A DNA stretch of 64,000 nucleotides from a bacterium (lineage in GTDB: Bacteria > SZUA-182 > DTGQ01 > JAFGSM01): assembly GCA_049472335.1 (NCBI GenBank), contig JBLIRO010000010.1, forward strand, positions 15,527 through 79,526, read 5' to 3'. Both the position numbers and the translations under genes were made by a program. Shown here piece after piece: positions 19,671 to 29,859 of the stretch. Positions within the stretch are counted from its first letter, which is position 1; each line of letters begins with the position of its first letter. The notes beneath the pieces were generated by a model. The model was not told the DNA's origin, did not search any database, and saw nothing but the letters and a program-made list of their open reading frames with translations.

Positions 19671-21077
19671 TTAAACTGTTTTAACTCGAATCATGTTTGT
19701 TATGCCCATTGAAAGTACAGGAAGCCCTGCCGTGATAACAACGATATCCCCGGGTGTTACCTTTTTCATTTTTATTGCTGTGTCAACTGCCTTTTTAATC
19801 ATAACATCCGTGTCGGATAGGGGCTCGATATAGCATGGGATGACGTCCCAGTGCAATGTCAATCTGCGTAATGTCTGTTCTGAAGGGCTAAGCGCAATTA
19901 TAGGTTGTGCGGGTCTGAATCGGGAGATCTCCCTTGCGGTTGTTCCTGATTGGGTAAATGCTAGAATGGCCCTGGCATTAAGATGGCTTGCCAACATGCA
20001 GGCTGCCTGTGCTACTGATTCCGTAATGCTCCATCCCTTTCCCTTTGTCTTAAGATAGTGGTCATACGGGTAATTTTTTTCTGTTTCCTTAGCGATCAAT
20101 GACATATATTTTAATGCCTTGACAGGATATTTGCCTGTCGCGGTCTCCTCAGAGAGCATAATTGCATCGGTTCCGTCCAGGATTGCATTTGCAATATCCG
20201 TGGCCTCGGCACGTGTCGGCCGGTTGGAATCCACCATGGAACGAAGCATTTGTGTAGCTGTAATCACGGGTTTTCCTGTTGAATTAGCCTTTTTAATTAT
20301 CTCTTTTTGAACCTGCGGCACCTTTTCGAGAGGAATTTCAACACCAAGGTCACCTCTGGCTACCATTATGCCATCAGCGGCCTGTAAAATTGAATCAAGA
20401 TTTTTAACCGCCTCATGTTTTTCAATCTTAGCTATAACCGGGGGGGGCTCTTTTTTCTTTGATATGATTTCCTTTATCTTGAGAATGTCTTCCGCCCATC
20501 TTACGAAAGACAGAGCCACTATGTCTATACCCCGTTCAAGCCCAAAATGAAGATCCTCTATATCTTTTTTGGTTACTGAAGGGGTGTTTATGGTCCCGGA
20601 TGGAATATTGATCCCCTTGTGTGAGCTCAACCAACCCCCGATAATCACCCTGCATTGGATTTCGGAGTCCGTGGTCTTGAGGACCTTAAGTTCCAATGTT
20701 CCATCGGCTATTAATATAACGTCTCCCTTACGGACATCACTTGGTAGTTGGGGATAAGTAACTGAGACCGCTTTTTCTGATCCTGTGACGGATTGGTTGG
20801 TCAGGGTAAAAATCTGTCCTGTTTTGATTCGAATCCCCGGATCGGGTATCGTGCCTATTCTGATCTTGGGTCCGGCCAGGTCCTGTAAAATAGCGACATA
20901 TTGCCCCAGTTTTAATGAAATCTCCCTGATATGGCGTATTTTTTCGGCGTGTTGTTCATGGTTTCCATGGGAGAAGTTAAGGCGTGCCACATTCATCCCT
21001 CCCTTTATCAAATGCTCGATCTGTTCGGGTGTGTCACTGGCGGGGCCTATTGTACAAATGATTTTTGTTCTGCGCAT
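19671..21077 (-). CDS. pyk: Pyruvate kinase
   Basis: RRTKIICTIGPAS, ARLNFSHG, IAKIEK, MVARGDLGVE, TATQMLRSM, PTRAEATD, MLSEETA. Confidence 0.98.
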   Translation of the reverse strand: MRRTKIICTIGPASDTPEQIEHLIKGGMNVARLNFSHGNHEQHAEKIRHIREISLKLGQYVAILQDLAGPKIRIGTIPDPGIRIKTGQIFTLTNQSVTGSEKAVSVTYPQLPSDVRKGDVILIADGTLELKVLKTTDSEIQCRVIIGGWLSSHKGINIPSGTINTPSVTKKDIEDLHFGLERGIDIVALSFVRWAEDILKIKEIISKKKEPPPVIAKIEKHEAVKNLDSILQAADGIMVARGDLGVEIPLEKVPQVQKEIIKKANSTGKPVITATQMLRSMVDSNRPTRAEATDIANAILDGTDAIMLSEETATGKYPVKALKYMSLIAKETEKNYPYDHYLKTKGKGWSITESVAQAACMLASHLNARAILAFTQSGTTAREISRFRPAQPIIALSPSEQTLRRLTLHWDVIPCYIEPLSDTDVMIKKAVDTAIKMKKVTPGDIVVITAGLPVLSMGITNMIRVKTV

Positions 21078-21104
21078 GTTATCTCACTTTGATTAAATCC
21101 CTTT

Positions 21105-23294
21105 TCAATTTCCTGTCATTCCACCTTTATTAATGTTTCCTCTATGGCATGAATCGACGTTACATGAGGCCTCAGGCCTTATTTCATAATGGATTGTTGT
21201 ACCTCCCAGGGGCGGCTTATGTAAATGTGGTTTGTGGCAGCCGTCCGTACTGCAGGATCTGTTCTGCTTGTCCCAGTTTATCCGGTCCCTGAGCAAACCG
21301 GGTAATTGGCTCCCATGTGGAACATGACATACAATGCAGTTTTGATGTGAGAAATGACCATGAAAAATTTTTATAATCAAAGAATACTCCAGCATACTGT
21401 TATCTTCATGCGTATGACAAGCTAAACAAGAGGCTGTTCCATTATTTTGTATGATCTCTTTTGGGGGATCTTTCATATTTGCGGGATTGTTCGTTTGAGG
21501 CTTATCCATATGTTGCGGATAATATGGAAACATATTCTTGGGTACTGTTCTTATAATCGAATTCGTATTCATCATTGGATGAGTTATAATCGGCATTGTT
21601 TTCGTCATCGGGGTCGTATTCATCATTGGATGAGTGATCATTGGCATTGTTTTTGTCATCGGGACAGTATTCATCATTGGGGACATTATCATTGGCATTG
21701 TTCCCATCATCGGGTCTGTATACATCATCGGATACATAATCATCGGTATTGTTCCCATCATCGGGTCCGTATACATCATCGGACCGCTCATAATTAAAAA
21801 TCCAGGTGTCATGACGGGTGCCATTATCATTAATCCGGGGTCCATAATCGGGGTCAAGCCCGGCCCTATAACCATCGTGACAGGACCGGATCTTATCATA
21901 CTCATTGTCTCAATTCCAGGAAGCATTGAGATGCCCGGTCCCGGAGCAATAACCGGCGAAGGGGCCATGATTCCTGGAATCTGTTGAGTAATCATCCCGG
22001 CGCCTGTAAGAGTCGGTGGAATCAGTGGCATTGCTCCGGGAACAACCAAATTCGGAACTATCCCGCCCCCCATTAGTGGAACCGGTGCCATAAGTGTTGA
22101 CTGGCCTGCAATGATAGCTGCAGGATTACTTCCCATAATGGGATCAACAGGACTCCCGTTAATAAGGCCTGCTACAGGCATCCCCCCTGCTATTCCTGCC
22201 CCATTGATACCCATCCTGCTGCGTTGCTGTGATCCCCCGGAGCCGCCCATGTCATTATTCATATAGGGCTTCATTTCATCTTTAAACATCGAGTTAGGAC
22301 CGCTGTTATCCATAATCTGTTGAGGATTTAATCCATTATACATAGGAGCTCCCATGTCATTATTCATGGTAGAGCCAGGATTAGTTTGATTCATAATCTG
22401 TTTCCCGTCGAACAAATCCTCTGTTATATGGTTATGGGGATACCAGAATCTTACCATTTCCAATTCATCCGGCGATACCTCTCTATATAAAATCTCATTA
22501 AGAATGACCGGTATCGGCCTTGCAGTGCTAAAAGGATTGGGGCCAAAGAGGGACCCCCCTGTAAAATGACAATCCAGGCAGAATCTATTAAACTGATTAC
22601 TGTATTCTGTGTATTCTGTCTGATTAAGGTTTTCCAACTGATTGGATTTATCCAATGCATAATAATTTCTGCCCTGTTGGTTTTCCGGATCGTGGTTCTT
22701 TAACTCAACAGCCATATTTTGATGAAATTCCGGAAACTCCTCCATATGGCAGACTTTACAATCGTGATTCATTGGCCGGCCTCCGATGTGATTCGAAGAC
22801 ATCTTAAGGGCCGGATCCATAGACATCTCAAATAGTTTACCTATGGCGGGGTATCCACCCTTTGGATGAGAATGACATTCCAGGCAATCCCTATCATCCT
22901 CGACTTCTATTAATTTATATACTCCTTCAATACTGCCGTTTATATGAGCAGATGTGGTGAATCCGTTCCTGATGGTTTCTTCATGACATCCTTGCCCACA
23001 GGTCTTAAGGGATGCATTTTTATGTTGCCCTGTTTCCGGGGGCGCTCCGTGGCAGCCATAGCAGTCCAGCTTAGGTGTGTTTTTATCCCATTTTATTGGG
23101 CGATATCTTTGATTTCCGTCGCTATGGCAATAAACCCTTATGCAGGTTTTGGTAACAGGGTCATAGACCGATGGATCACAGTTTATCTTTTTGTTCATCG
23201 GATGACATACCAAGGTTATTGCCGCTAGTTGAAAGATTGTAAAAAGGATAACAAAACCAATCAAATATCTTTTTTTATTATCGTACATCCTCAA
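21105..23294 (-). CDS. Multiheme c-type cytochrome with a Met/Pro/Gly-rich insertion
   Basis: N-terminal hydrophobic segment; 6 CxxCH, 3 CX4CH and 1 CX3CH (hand count); CxxxxCH...CxxCH module; ~320-aa low-complexity insert. Start may be ATG 23288. Confidence 0.88.
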   Translation of the reverse strand: MRMYDNKKRYLIGFVILFTIFQLAAITLVCHPMNKKINCDPSVYDPVTKTCIRVYCHSDGNQRYRPIKWDKNTPKLDCYGCHGAPPETGQHKNASLKTCGQGCHEETIRNGFTTSAHINGSIEGVYKLIEVEDDRDCLECHSHPKGGYPAIGKLFEMSMDPALKMSSNHIGGRPMNHDCKVCHMEEFPEFHQNMAVELKNHDPENQQGRNYYALDKSNQLENLNQTEYTEYSNQFNRFCLDCHFTGGSLFGPNPFSTARPIPVILNEILYREVSPDELEMVRFWYPHNHITEDLFDGKQIMNQTNPGSTMNNDMGAPMYNGLNPQQIMDNSGPNSMFKDEMKPYMNNDMGGSGGSQQRSRMGINGAGIAGGMPVAGLINGSPVDPIMGSNPAAIIAGQSTLMAPVPLMGGGIVPNLVVPGAMPLIPPTLTGAGMITQQIPGIMAPSPVIAPGPGISMLPGIETMSMIRSGPVTMVIGPGLTPIMDPGLMIMAPVMTPGFLIMSGPMMYTDPMMGTIPMIMYPMMYTDPMMGTMPMIMSPMMNTVPMTKTMPMITHPMMNTTPMTKTMPIITHPMMNTNSIIRTVPKNMFPYYPQHMDKPQTNNPANMKDPPKEIIQNNGTASCLACHTHEDNSMLEYSLIIKIFHGHFSHQNCIVCHVPHGSQLPGLLRDRINWDKQNRSCSTDGCHKPHLHKPPLGGTTIHYEIRPEASCNVDSCHRGNINKGGMTGN
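21567..21782 (-). repeat. Coding tandem repeat, 51-bp period, about 4 copies
   Basis: Units start at 21567, 21618, 21669, 21720 and 21771; they encode 17-aa PMMYTDPMMGTIPMIMY-like units. Confidence 0.85.
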
Positions 23295-23337
23295 TTTCTC
23301 TCTTTAACATTAATTATCATGCCTTAAAATTTTCAGT

Positions 23338-26300
23338 TTATGGAACCGGCATGCCTGCACCTCCGCCAAGGCCTCCAGGAGAGGCTTCTACTGCTCCGTT
23401 TACATGATAGGTAACATCGTAATTGCTATTGATATCCCAAAAAACGGGAGTCGGATGACAGAACCTGCACTCAGTCGAGATAGCCGGCATAGGATGAGGT
23501 GTCGGGGGATAGCCATGGCATTGATAAATATTATCAGGAGATAATGACAGGGTGTTGTTCCCGCAGGAGATTAATCCTGTTGTTTGACTCCATTCCGGAG
23601 GTATGCCGGAAAAATAATCATATGTACCCGTAGCATTGGGGGGAGTGTCTCCGTCGCTATGACAATAGACATAGCATGTGCCTGTCAACCTGTCAAAATA
23701 ATCCCCGGTTCCTATCATTTCTAAGGTGCTGTCAAATACCACATCAGCAGTAAACGATGTGTCGTCACACACAACATGGTTGTCCAGATCTGCTAAAGAC
23801 GGATGGCATGCCCTGCAGTCTATTGTATAATTTGAATCGGTATAGACATCTGCCATAACTTTTGAATTGAGGTGTTTATTATGAGCGCCCACAACTGATC
23901 CCAGGGAAGCTCCGTGGCAGAGACAGCCGTCCAATTGCGCGCTGGGATTATACGGCTCCCTTATATGACCTGGATCACCGGAGAAATCATGGCATCTTTT
24001 GCATGTATATATTCCAGGATCGCACAAATAACCATTCGGATCGGATTCAAGGCAGTGATCCTGCGTGTCGCTTATCCCTACGCAGACACATTGCGGAGGA
24101 TAGTCATGACAGCAATCGCATACCTTATCTCCTTTGTTCCCGTTATAAGTGTAATTTGTCTCACAATGTCTGCTTGGATCTAAGTGACACTTTTCACATC
24201 CATTTTCATCAGTACACCTTAGATGATATGCCTTTGCCTGATCGTGGCATCGTCCACAATCAGAGAAGGTTAGATTCATCCCGCTGAGATCGGTATAAGG
24301 ATCACCTTCATCATTTTCAAAAATTTTATGGTCAGACCGATCGCATTCACCCCTATGCAAATTACCGCCACCATGACAGTGGATGCAATCATTGTATGCA
24401 TCCGGCTCATGTTCAAGAAGATCCAGAGTGCATCCATAGTCGGATTTAATATCGAATCCGGGCCCAATATGACAGCATTTACAATCTTCGTTTTTACAAT
24501 AATCAAAATCATAATTACATTTATGGTTGGTTACACCGGTATGGCAAATACCGCATTCTTTCTGACATTTTTCATGGCTATTTCTAAAATTAGGGTCATT
24601 ATGACAGAGTCCGCAAGAGGTGACAGCAAGAGTCATGTCTGTCATAGTGGATACGTCTGTATTGCCGTCCATGTGCATTCCGGCATAACACTCTCCCCCA
24701 TGACACTTTTTACAGACCCTTTCTCCAACCGGATGAGGCCCTATTAATCGATTACCATTTTTATCTTCACACTTATCAATTGTTATATAATCAGGATCTT
24801 TTAACATGTCCTCCAGGTGGCAGATAATACATTTTGAATCATCACAATAGAGAGTATTACATAAATGATAATCACCCGGGCGATTAGTGCCGGATTCATG
24901 GCATTCTTCACACAATTTATTATTATTGATATCAATATGTTTATGAATCTCTCTGAACCTTTGATCGTTATGACAACGAATGCATTTTTCCCCTCTGGTA
25001 AACATGTTTGTTAGGTCCGAGAATCCATTCGCATGATTTTCCGGCAGATATTCTTCCGTGTGGCAATCTTCACAGTTTGATGAAAAAACTTCGGGAGAGT
25101 GTTCCCCCGTCGGCTTTTCATTATTGTCTTCACACTGGGCCGGATCGATATCCGGAGAAGTATGACAACACCTGCACTTTTCATTCCCCCTATAATCAAG
25201 TATGCACAGGTGATTATTGATAAGACACGTATTGGAAATCCCGGGATAATGGCAGTCTTTGCATGGTTTTGATGTACAATTTGAATGAAGCCTTTCCATT
25301 TCCGGATTCAGATGGCATAATTTGCAATCCGAAAAGCTTAGACGCATCCCGCTTAGATCTGTCATGGTACAATCCGGATTAATAAAAGGATCTATATCAT
25401 AGTTATTTATTTTGTGGACTTGAGGATTGCACTCTCCCATATGACAGCGGTTACATTCTCTGTAGGCGGTTGGCTCATGTTTTATCACCTCTTGACTCAC
25501 ACACCCGTAATCAGATGAAATCGGAAATGAGCCATCTATTTTATAATCTTTAAAACCCGGTATATTCAGAAAGTTATGGCATGTCTTGCATTGGGGCTCC
25601 GAGCAATAGGTAAAACCGCAATGTACAGGGTGGCAAGCGGAGCATGTCTCAGTGCCCGGGCCATGAGTGGGTATGATCTCTGTATGGCAAAGTATACAAG
25701 TCCCATTTCTTACATATGTCAGACCATTCATATGGTCTGCGGGATTGCATTCACCCCCGGTGGGTGCTCCTGCCGCATGGCAATTTATACAATCACCTGT
25801 ATGAGGAGCTAAACCGGGTTTGCCACAAACATTCTGAAGCGGCGGGGCGGCTGTATGACACCAGATACATGCCTGGTTATTGCTGAAAGTGGAAACACAA
25901 TGGGTTGGATGGCATGAGTAGCAGTTTACAGTAGGCCATAATCCGCCTTCCCATGGAAGCCCGGCCCCCCCGTGGGGCACCACAACCGTATGGCAGCCCA
26001 AACAGGTCAGAGGATTAACATAGGTCATAGGGTCATTTATATGATTTATGGGATTTGCCTCGCCTCCTCCTGAAGGCCCTACATGGCAGAAGAGACAATC
26101 CTGGATTCCAGCCTGGTTGATACCAAAGGTGTCGAACGCATAATGGGTGGAGATGTCTCCGGGGCCGCAGATATCGCATATGGCTGGATTGGTGCCATGA
26201 CAGGCAATACATTTAGCAGGTATGTCCCAATAGAACATATCGGTGTGATTGGTATGACAAAATGAGCACTCATTACCGGGCCCCAGCCTTGCGTGGATTG

Positions 26301-29300
26301 AAGAAGGCACCCTATCGCATCCTAATACCAGGGGATCACTATGACAGATACCACAACTGTTCAGACCCTCCCATGATTGTACAAGGTTCATAGGCCCTGC
26401 ATCCTTATAATGTTTTCTTGCATTACGAACCCCAGGATGGCAGGCCTCACAATCTGTTGCCTCAGGTGGGTGTGTTTTGCTTATAGACACTCCATTGACC
26501 ACAATATTCATGATTGGGGGATTTCCGTGGCAATAGCCGCATTTGACAGGATCGCCAAGATATCCCCTCAGACCTGAGATGGTTTCGTGTTCTCCGTGGC
26601 AATCCGAGCAGGGCATATCCAAGACAGGTTTATGGAGAGTGCTTCCATCTGAGATTTTAGGGTCATCATGACATGCGCCGCAGGTATTGGTTATGTCTTT
26701 TCTAAAACTTTGCACGATATTCATCTCGCAGTGTCTGCCGTGGCAGTCCCGGCAATCGGTTTTGACCTTGCCATGCAATTCAACTTTAGAATCAAAGGGA
26801 CTTTCCATATCTTTGTGGCATTCCCCGCAGCCTTTGTCATTATTCCAGTTTTGTTCTATCGAGAGTGGGAGTGTGCCCTTATATTCATAATGATAGATTG
26901 TACCCGGATCGCATACTGCACTATGGCAAGAAGTGCACTCAGCAGAAGCGTTGTGTAACCACTTTTTGTCAGTATCGCATCCGAAATCAGGTTTCAAATT
27001 TTTCAGTATATCCTGATGACAGTCAAGACATCGAGCGTCCACTTCAGTTGAACTTCCTGCACAATAGACAAATTTTGTATGGTCCTCATGGCATTTCTGG
27101 CAGGTTCCGGGAAGAAAGGAATAAGGATTGTGCCATTGCAGATTTGGATCTGACGAGGGATGGCAGCATCCGCAGCCTGTATCCTCAAAAGTATTAATAA
27201 TTTCCTCAACGTCCACTATACCGTTGACGTGTTGGTAAAATCCCGGTTTTCCTTCATAAATTCCATTGTGGGGGTGACATGTTTCACAAGATGTCAGGCA
27301 ATTTGAATGGTCAGTTACATTCGGGTCCGGCGGAATTGTAATATTTGGGTCCGGCGGGGTCTTATGACAATTATCGCAATATGTAAAATGCAGGTCATTG
27401 GTATCAATACAGGATATATCGTTAGTATCACGGCAAAATTTATACGTATCTGACCAGGCAATGAGTTCTGCATACCCCCCTTTTGTGTTGCTATGACAAT
27501 AAAGATTAAAACATCTTTTGGTAGATTCCTCATATATCCCATCTGGGTTTAATAGCTGGTCAAACCCTATTTGAATGTTTCCGTCCAGCTCAAATATATA
27601 TTGGTTATTCGGATCATAAGGCAGATTATCAGGGTCTATGTGGCATCTAAAACAAGGGAAGTTATACTGCAAGTGGGCCATATGCAGATCTTGATTCGGA
27701 TCTTTATGTTTCTCGGGAAGATTTGTTTTTTGGGGAGGAAAGGGTGGAGGAGGTATTCCATGCCCTTTGCCGGCGATGTCGGGTAAGGGGACTTTCCCCT
27801 TATATTCATCAGGATCATACTCTAATCTTGAAATATCAATCCTTCCGATCCCATGACACCGGCAGGTAGGGGCAAACGCCTTTGAATTGAAAACCGATCT
27901 GGAATCGCCTGTTTCATAATCATAATCAGGATCATCGGGATGCGGAGCAGGCCCGGGATCATGGATATGACATCCAGTGCAGTCTGTGCCGCGGTAATCG
28001 ATAGTGCAATTATTCGGATCTGAGCACTCAGCACTATTAGGGTCCGGATTAAAGTAATGTCGGGAGCCGTTTCTATGTTTATAATCAAATACAGCATCCC
28101 CGGATTCTTCTCCGGGATTTGGCCAATCTTCCCTCGGTTTGTCCTGATGGCAGACTTCGCAGATATCCTTTGTGCCTGCAGGGATAGAAATGGAATTCTC
28201 TGAAGAATCAGACTCTATTACATCCTGTTTCAGGGGATCAAAGAAATCTACAACCCAGGTGTCTTTGTTTGGATCGGCATGTTGAAGGGCAAATAAATCA
28301 CAGTCTTCCATATTTGGATCATACTTGAATTGACTGTAATGGCAATTATTACACATAGACTTGTAGATCCTTCTTTTAATCATAAAGACATTGATATTCC
28401 CCTGATCGTCTCCCGATCCATGAGGGTTATGGCATGTAATACAGTGTGAAGATCTGTCAATAGGACCCGGTTTCCTTCGTACGCCGCTGCCAAGTTCTTC
28501 ATAGATGAAATGGGAATATTTTGTGGGATGGCAATCCCTGCACAGATCCCACTGTTTGTGTCCTCCGCATACCTCAGGATATGCCCTCTCGACCGGCCCC
28601 CAACGTTCATCCCTATACTTTGTTGTATCCAGGTGTCCGTTATATTTGCCAATGGAAAACCCATCAGGATAGTCAGAGGCTTGAAGTGTCTCTACACATA
28701 CCTTTTCCCGTACTATTTTATTGGACCAATGGCATTCCCAACAGAAGTTTTTTTCCCCGTCATTGGGGTCCAGGTCAATATCATGGTCACGGCTGTGTGG
28801 ATTCGGATCATTAGGGTCGTTAGTGATAGGGATGTTTTCGTTGTTCATGGCTCCTTTATTGGGGTAGGTCTGTGCTGCCCGATTCGGATTGGAATATCCT
28901 GTATCAATAGTAGCCCCGGCATACTTTTTTTGTTCGGTTACTCCGTGCCCGCTTTTTGGCCAGTAATTCTGTTTCCGGATCTTGTCCGGATCGGGTGCTT
29001 TTATCAGGCAGCCATTCGGATCATCATGGTGAAAGTTAGGATAGCACTGACAGCCATTCGGATCTTTATAATGCCAGTTGGGAAAGGAGCAATACCGGCT
29101 TACATAGGATGCGTATATCCCTCCGTTCTCATATGAATCATCATGACACTGCAAACAGGTTACGGAACCGGGGTCGCCCCATTGCAGGAGCCTGACGGAA
29201 CTTGGATCTATATTGGGATCGTCCGGCAATGCCTCGGATCCTTTTGGATAGAATCCTCCGTGGCATTCATAACATACTTTTGTATTGGTGAGGGTCGTCT

Positions 29301-29859
29301 TTTTAAGGTTATTATGCCCTTTAAAATATATGATAAATTCCTTTTTGCCATTATCGTGTCCATTCGGGTCGGCTAGGTCAGCAAGTTTATAATGATTCGG
29401 ATCATGGCAATCAAGGCAGGTCCTCCCAAGGCCAAAGGGCTGATAAACAAGATGGGTAAGGTGGCCTTTTTTTCTCTTTTTATAATCTCTTCTGAATTTC
29501 TCAAGATATTCAGATGAAAGGTTAGTGCCGGGCAGAGCATTATCCGGATCGTATGTAGAGTAAAATAGGGGGTACGGGGCATTTTCCAAACTCATAAAAC
29601 ATGAATAATTGTGTATATTCGGATCATAGGCCTGCGGGTCATAGGCCTTGTCAGGATACATATCACTGTGACATTTGAAACATCCTTCCCTAAGCAGATT
29701 TTGACTAAGGATGGCGATGGCGTTTGGATCCTCTTGTTTAGAGAGGTCATAGTTGATATATCCAGTTGAAGCATTAAGAGAATGGACAGGTGAAAAGAAA
29801 AATGCCAGGCAAAAAAGAAATACTAATGCTAAACAAATATTTAAAGACCTCTGTTTCAC
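23338..29859 (-). CDS. Giant secreted multiheme c-type cytochrome (2173 aa)
   Basis: Signal peptide; 53 CxxCH by hand count plus 2 CxCH, CX3CH, CX4CH and CX14CH; many distal His residues and extra Cys. Confidence 0.93.
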   Translation of the reverse strand: MKQRSLNICLALVFLFCLAFFFSPVHSLNASTGYINYDLSKQEDPNAIAILSQNLLREGCFKCHSDMYPDKAYDPQAYDPNIHNYSCFMSLENAPYPLFYSTYDPDNALPGTNLSSEYLEKFRRDYKKRKKGHLTHLVYQPFGLGRTCLDCHDPNHYKLADLADPNGHDNGKKEFIIYFKGHNNLKKTTLTNTKVCYECHGGFYPKGSEALPDDPNIDPSSVRLLQWGDPGSVTCLQCHDDSYENGGIYASYVSRYCSFPNWHYKDPNGCQCYPNFHHDDPNGCLIKAPDPDKIRKQNYWPKSGHGVTEQKKYAGATIDTGYSNPNRAAQTYPNKGAMNNENIPITNDPNDPNPHSRDHDIDLDPNDGEKNFCWECHWSNKIVREKVCVETLQASDYPDGFSIGKYNGHLDTTKYRDERWGPVERAYPEVCGGHKQWDLCRDCHPTKYSHFIYEELGSGVRRKPGPIDRSSHCITCHNPHGSGDDQGNINVFMIKRRIYKSMCNNCHYSQFKYDPNMEDCDLFALQHADPNKDTWVVDFFDPLKQDVIESDSSENSISIPAGTKDICEVCHQDKPREDWPNPGEESGDAVFDYKHRNGSRHYFNPDPNSAECSDPNNCTIDYRGTDCTGCHIHDPGPAPHPDDPDYDYETGDSRSVFNSKAFAPTCRCHGIGRIDISRLEYDPDEYKGKVPLPDIAGKGHGIPPPPFPPQKTNLPEKHKDPNQDLHMAHLQYNFPCFRCHIDPDNLPYDPNNQYIFELDGNIQIGFDQLLNPDGIYEESTKRCFNLYCHSNTKGGYAELIAWSDTYKFCRDTNDISCIDTNDLHFTYCDNCHKTPPDPNITIPPDPNVTDHSNCLTSCETCHPHNGIYEGKPGFYQHVNGIVDVEEIINTFEDTGCGCCHPSSDPNLQWHNPYSFLPGTCQKCHEDHTKFVYCAGSSTEVDARCLDCHQDILKNLKPDFGCDTDKKWLHNASAECTSCHSAVCDPGTIYHYEYKGTLPLSIEQNWNNDKGCGECHKDMESPFDSKVELHGKVKTDCRDCHGRHCEMNIVQSFRKDITNTCGACHDDPKISDGSTLHKPVLDMPCSDCHGEHETISGLRGYLGDPVKCGYCHGNPPIMNIVVNGVSISKTHPPEATDCEACHPGVRNARKHYKDAGPMNLVQSWEGLNSCGICHSDPLVLGCDRVPSSIHARLGPGNECSFCHTNHTDMFYWDIPAKCIACHGTNPAICDICGPGDISTHYAFDTFGINQAGIQDCLFCHVGPSGGGEANPINHINDPMTYVNPLTCLGCHTVVVPHGGAGLPWEGGLWPTVNCYSCHPTHCVSTFSNNQACIWCHTAAPPLQNVCGKPGLAPHTGDCINCHAAGAPTGGECNPADHMNGLTYVRNGTCILCHTEIIPTHGPGTETCSACHPVHCGFTYCSEPQCKTCHNFLNIPGFKDYKIDGSFPISSDYGCVSQEVIKHEPTAYRECNRCHMGECNPQVHKINNYDIDPFINPDCTMTDLSGMRLSFSDCKLCHLNPEMERLHSNCTSKPCKDCHYPGISNTCLINNHLCILDYRGNEKCRCCHTSPDIDPAQCEDNNEKPTGEHSPEVFSSNCEDCHTEEYLPENHANGFSDLTNMFTRGEKCIRCHNDQRFREIHKHIDINNNKLCEECHESGTNRPGDYHLCNTLYCDDSKCIICHLEDMLKDPDYITIDKCEDKNGNRLIGPHPVGERVCKKCHGGECYAGMHMDGNTDVSTMTDMTLAVTSCGLCHNDPNFRNSHEKCQKECGICHTGVTNHKCNYDFDYCKNEDCKCCHIGPGFDIKSDYGCTLDLLEHEPDAYNDCIHCHGGGNLHRGECDRSDHKIFENDEGDPYTDLSGMNLTFSDCGRCHDQAKAYHLRCTDENGCEKCHLDPSRHCETNYTYNGNKGDKVCDCCHDYPPQCVCVGISDTQDHCLESDPNGYLCDPGIYTCKRCHDFSGDPGHIREPYNPSAQLDGCLCHGASLGSVVGAHNKHLNSKVMADVYTDSNYTIDCRACHPSLADLDNHVVCDDTSFTADVVFDSTLEMIGTGDYFDRLTGTCYVYCHSDGDTPPNATGTYDYFSGIPPEWSQTTGLISCGNNTLSLSPDNIYQCHGYPPTPHPMPAISTECRFCHPTPVFWDINSNYDVTYHVNGAVEASPGGLGGGAGMPVP

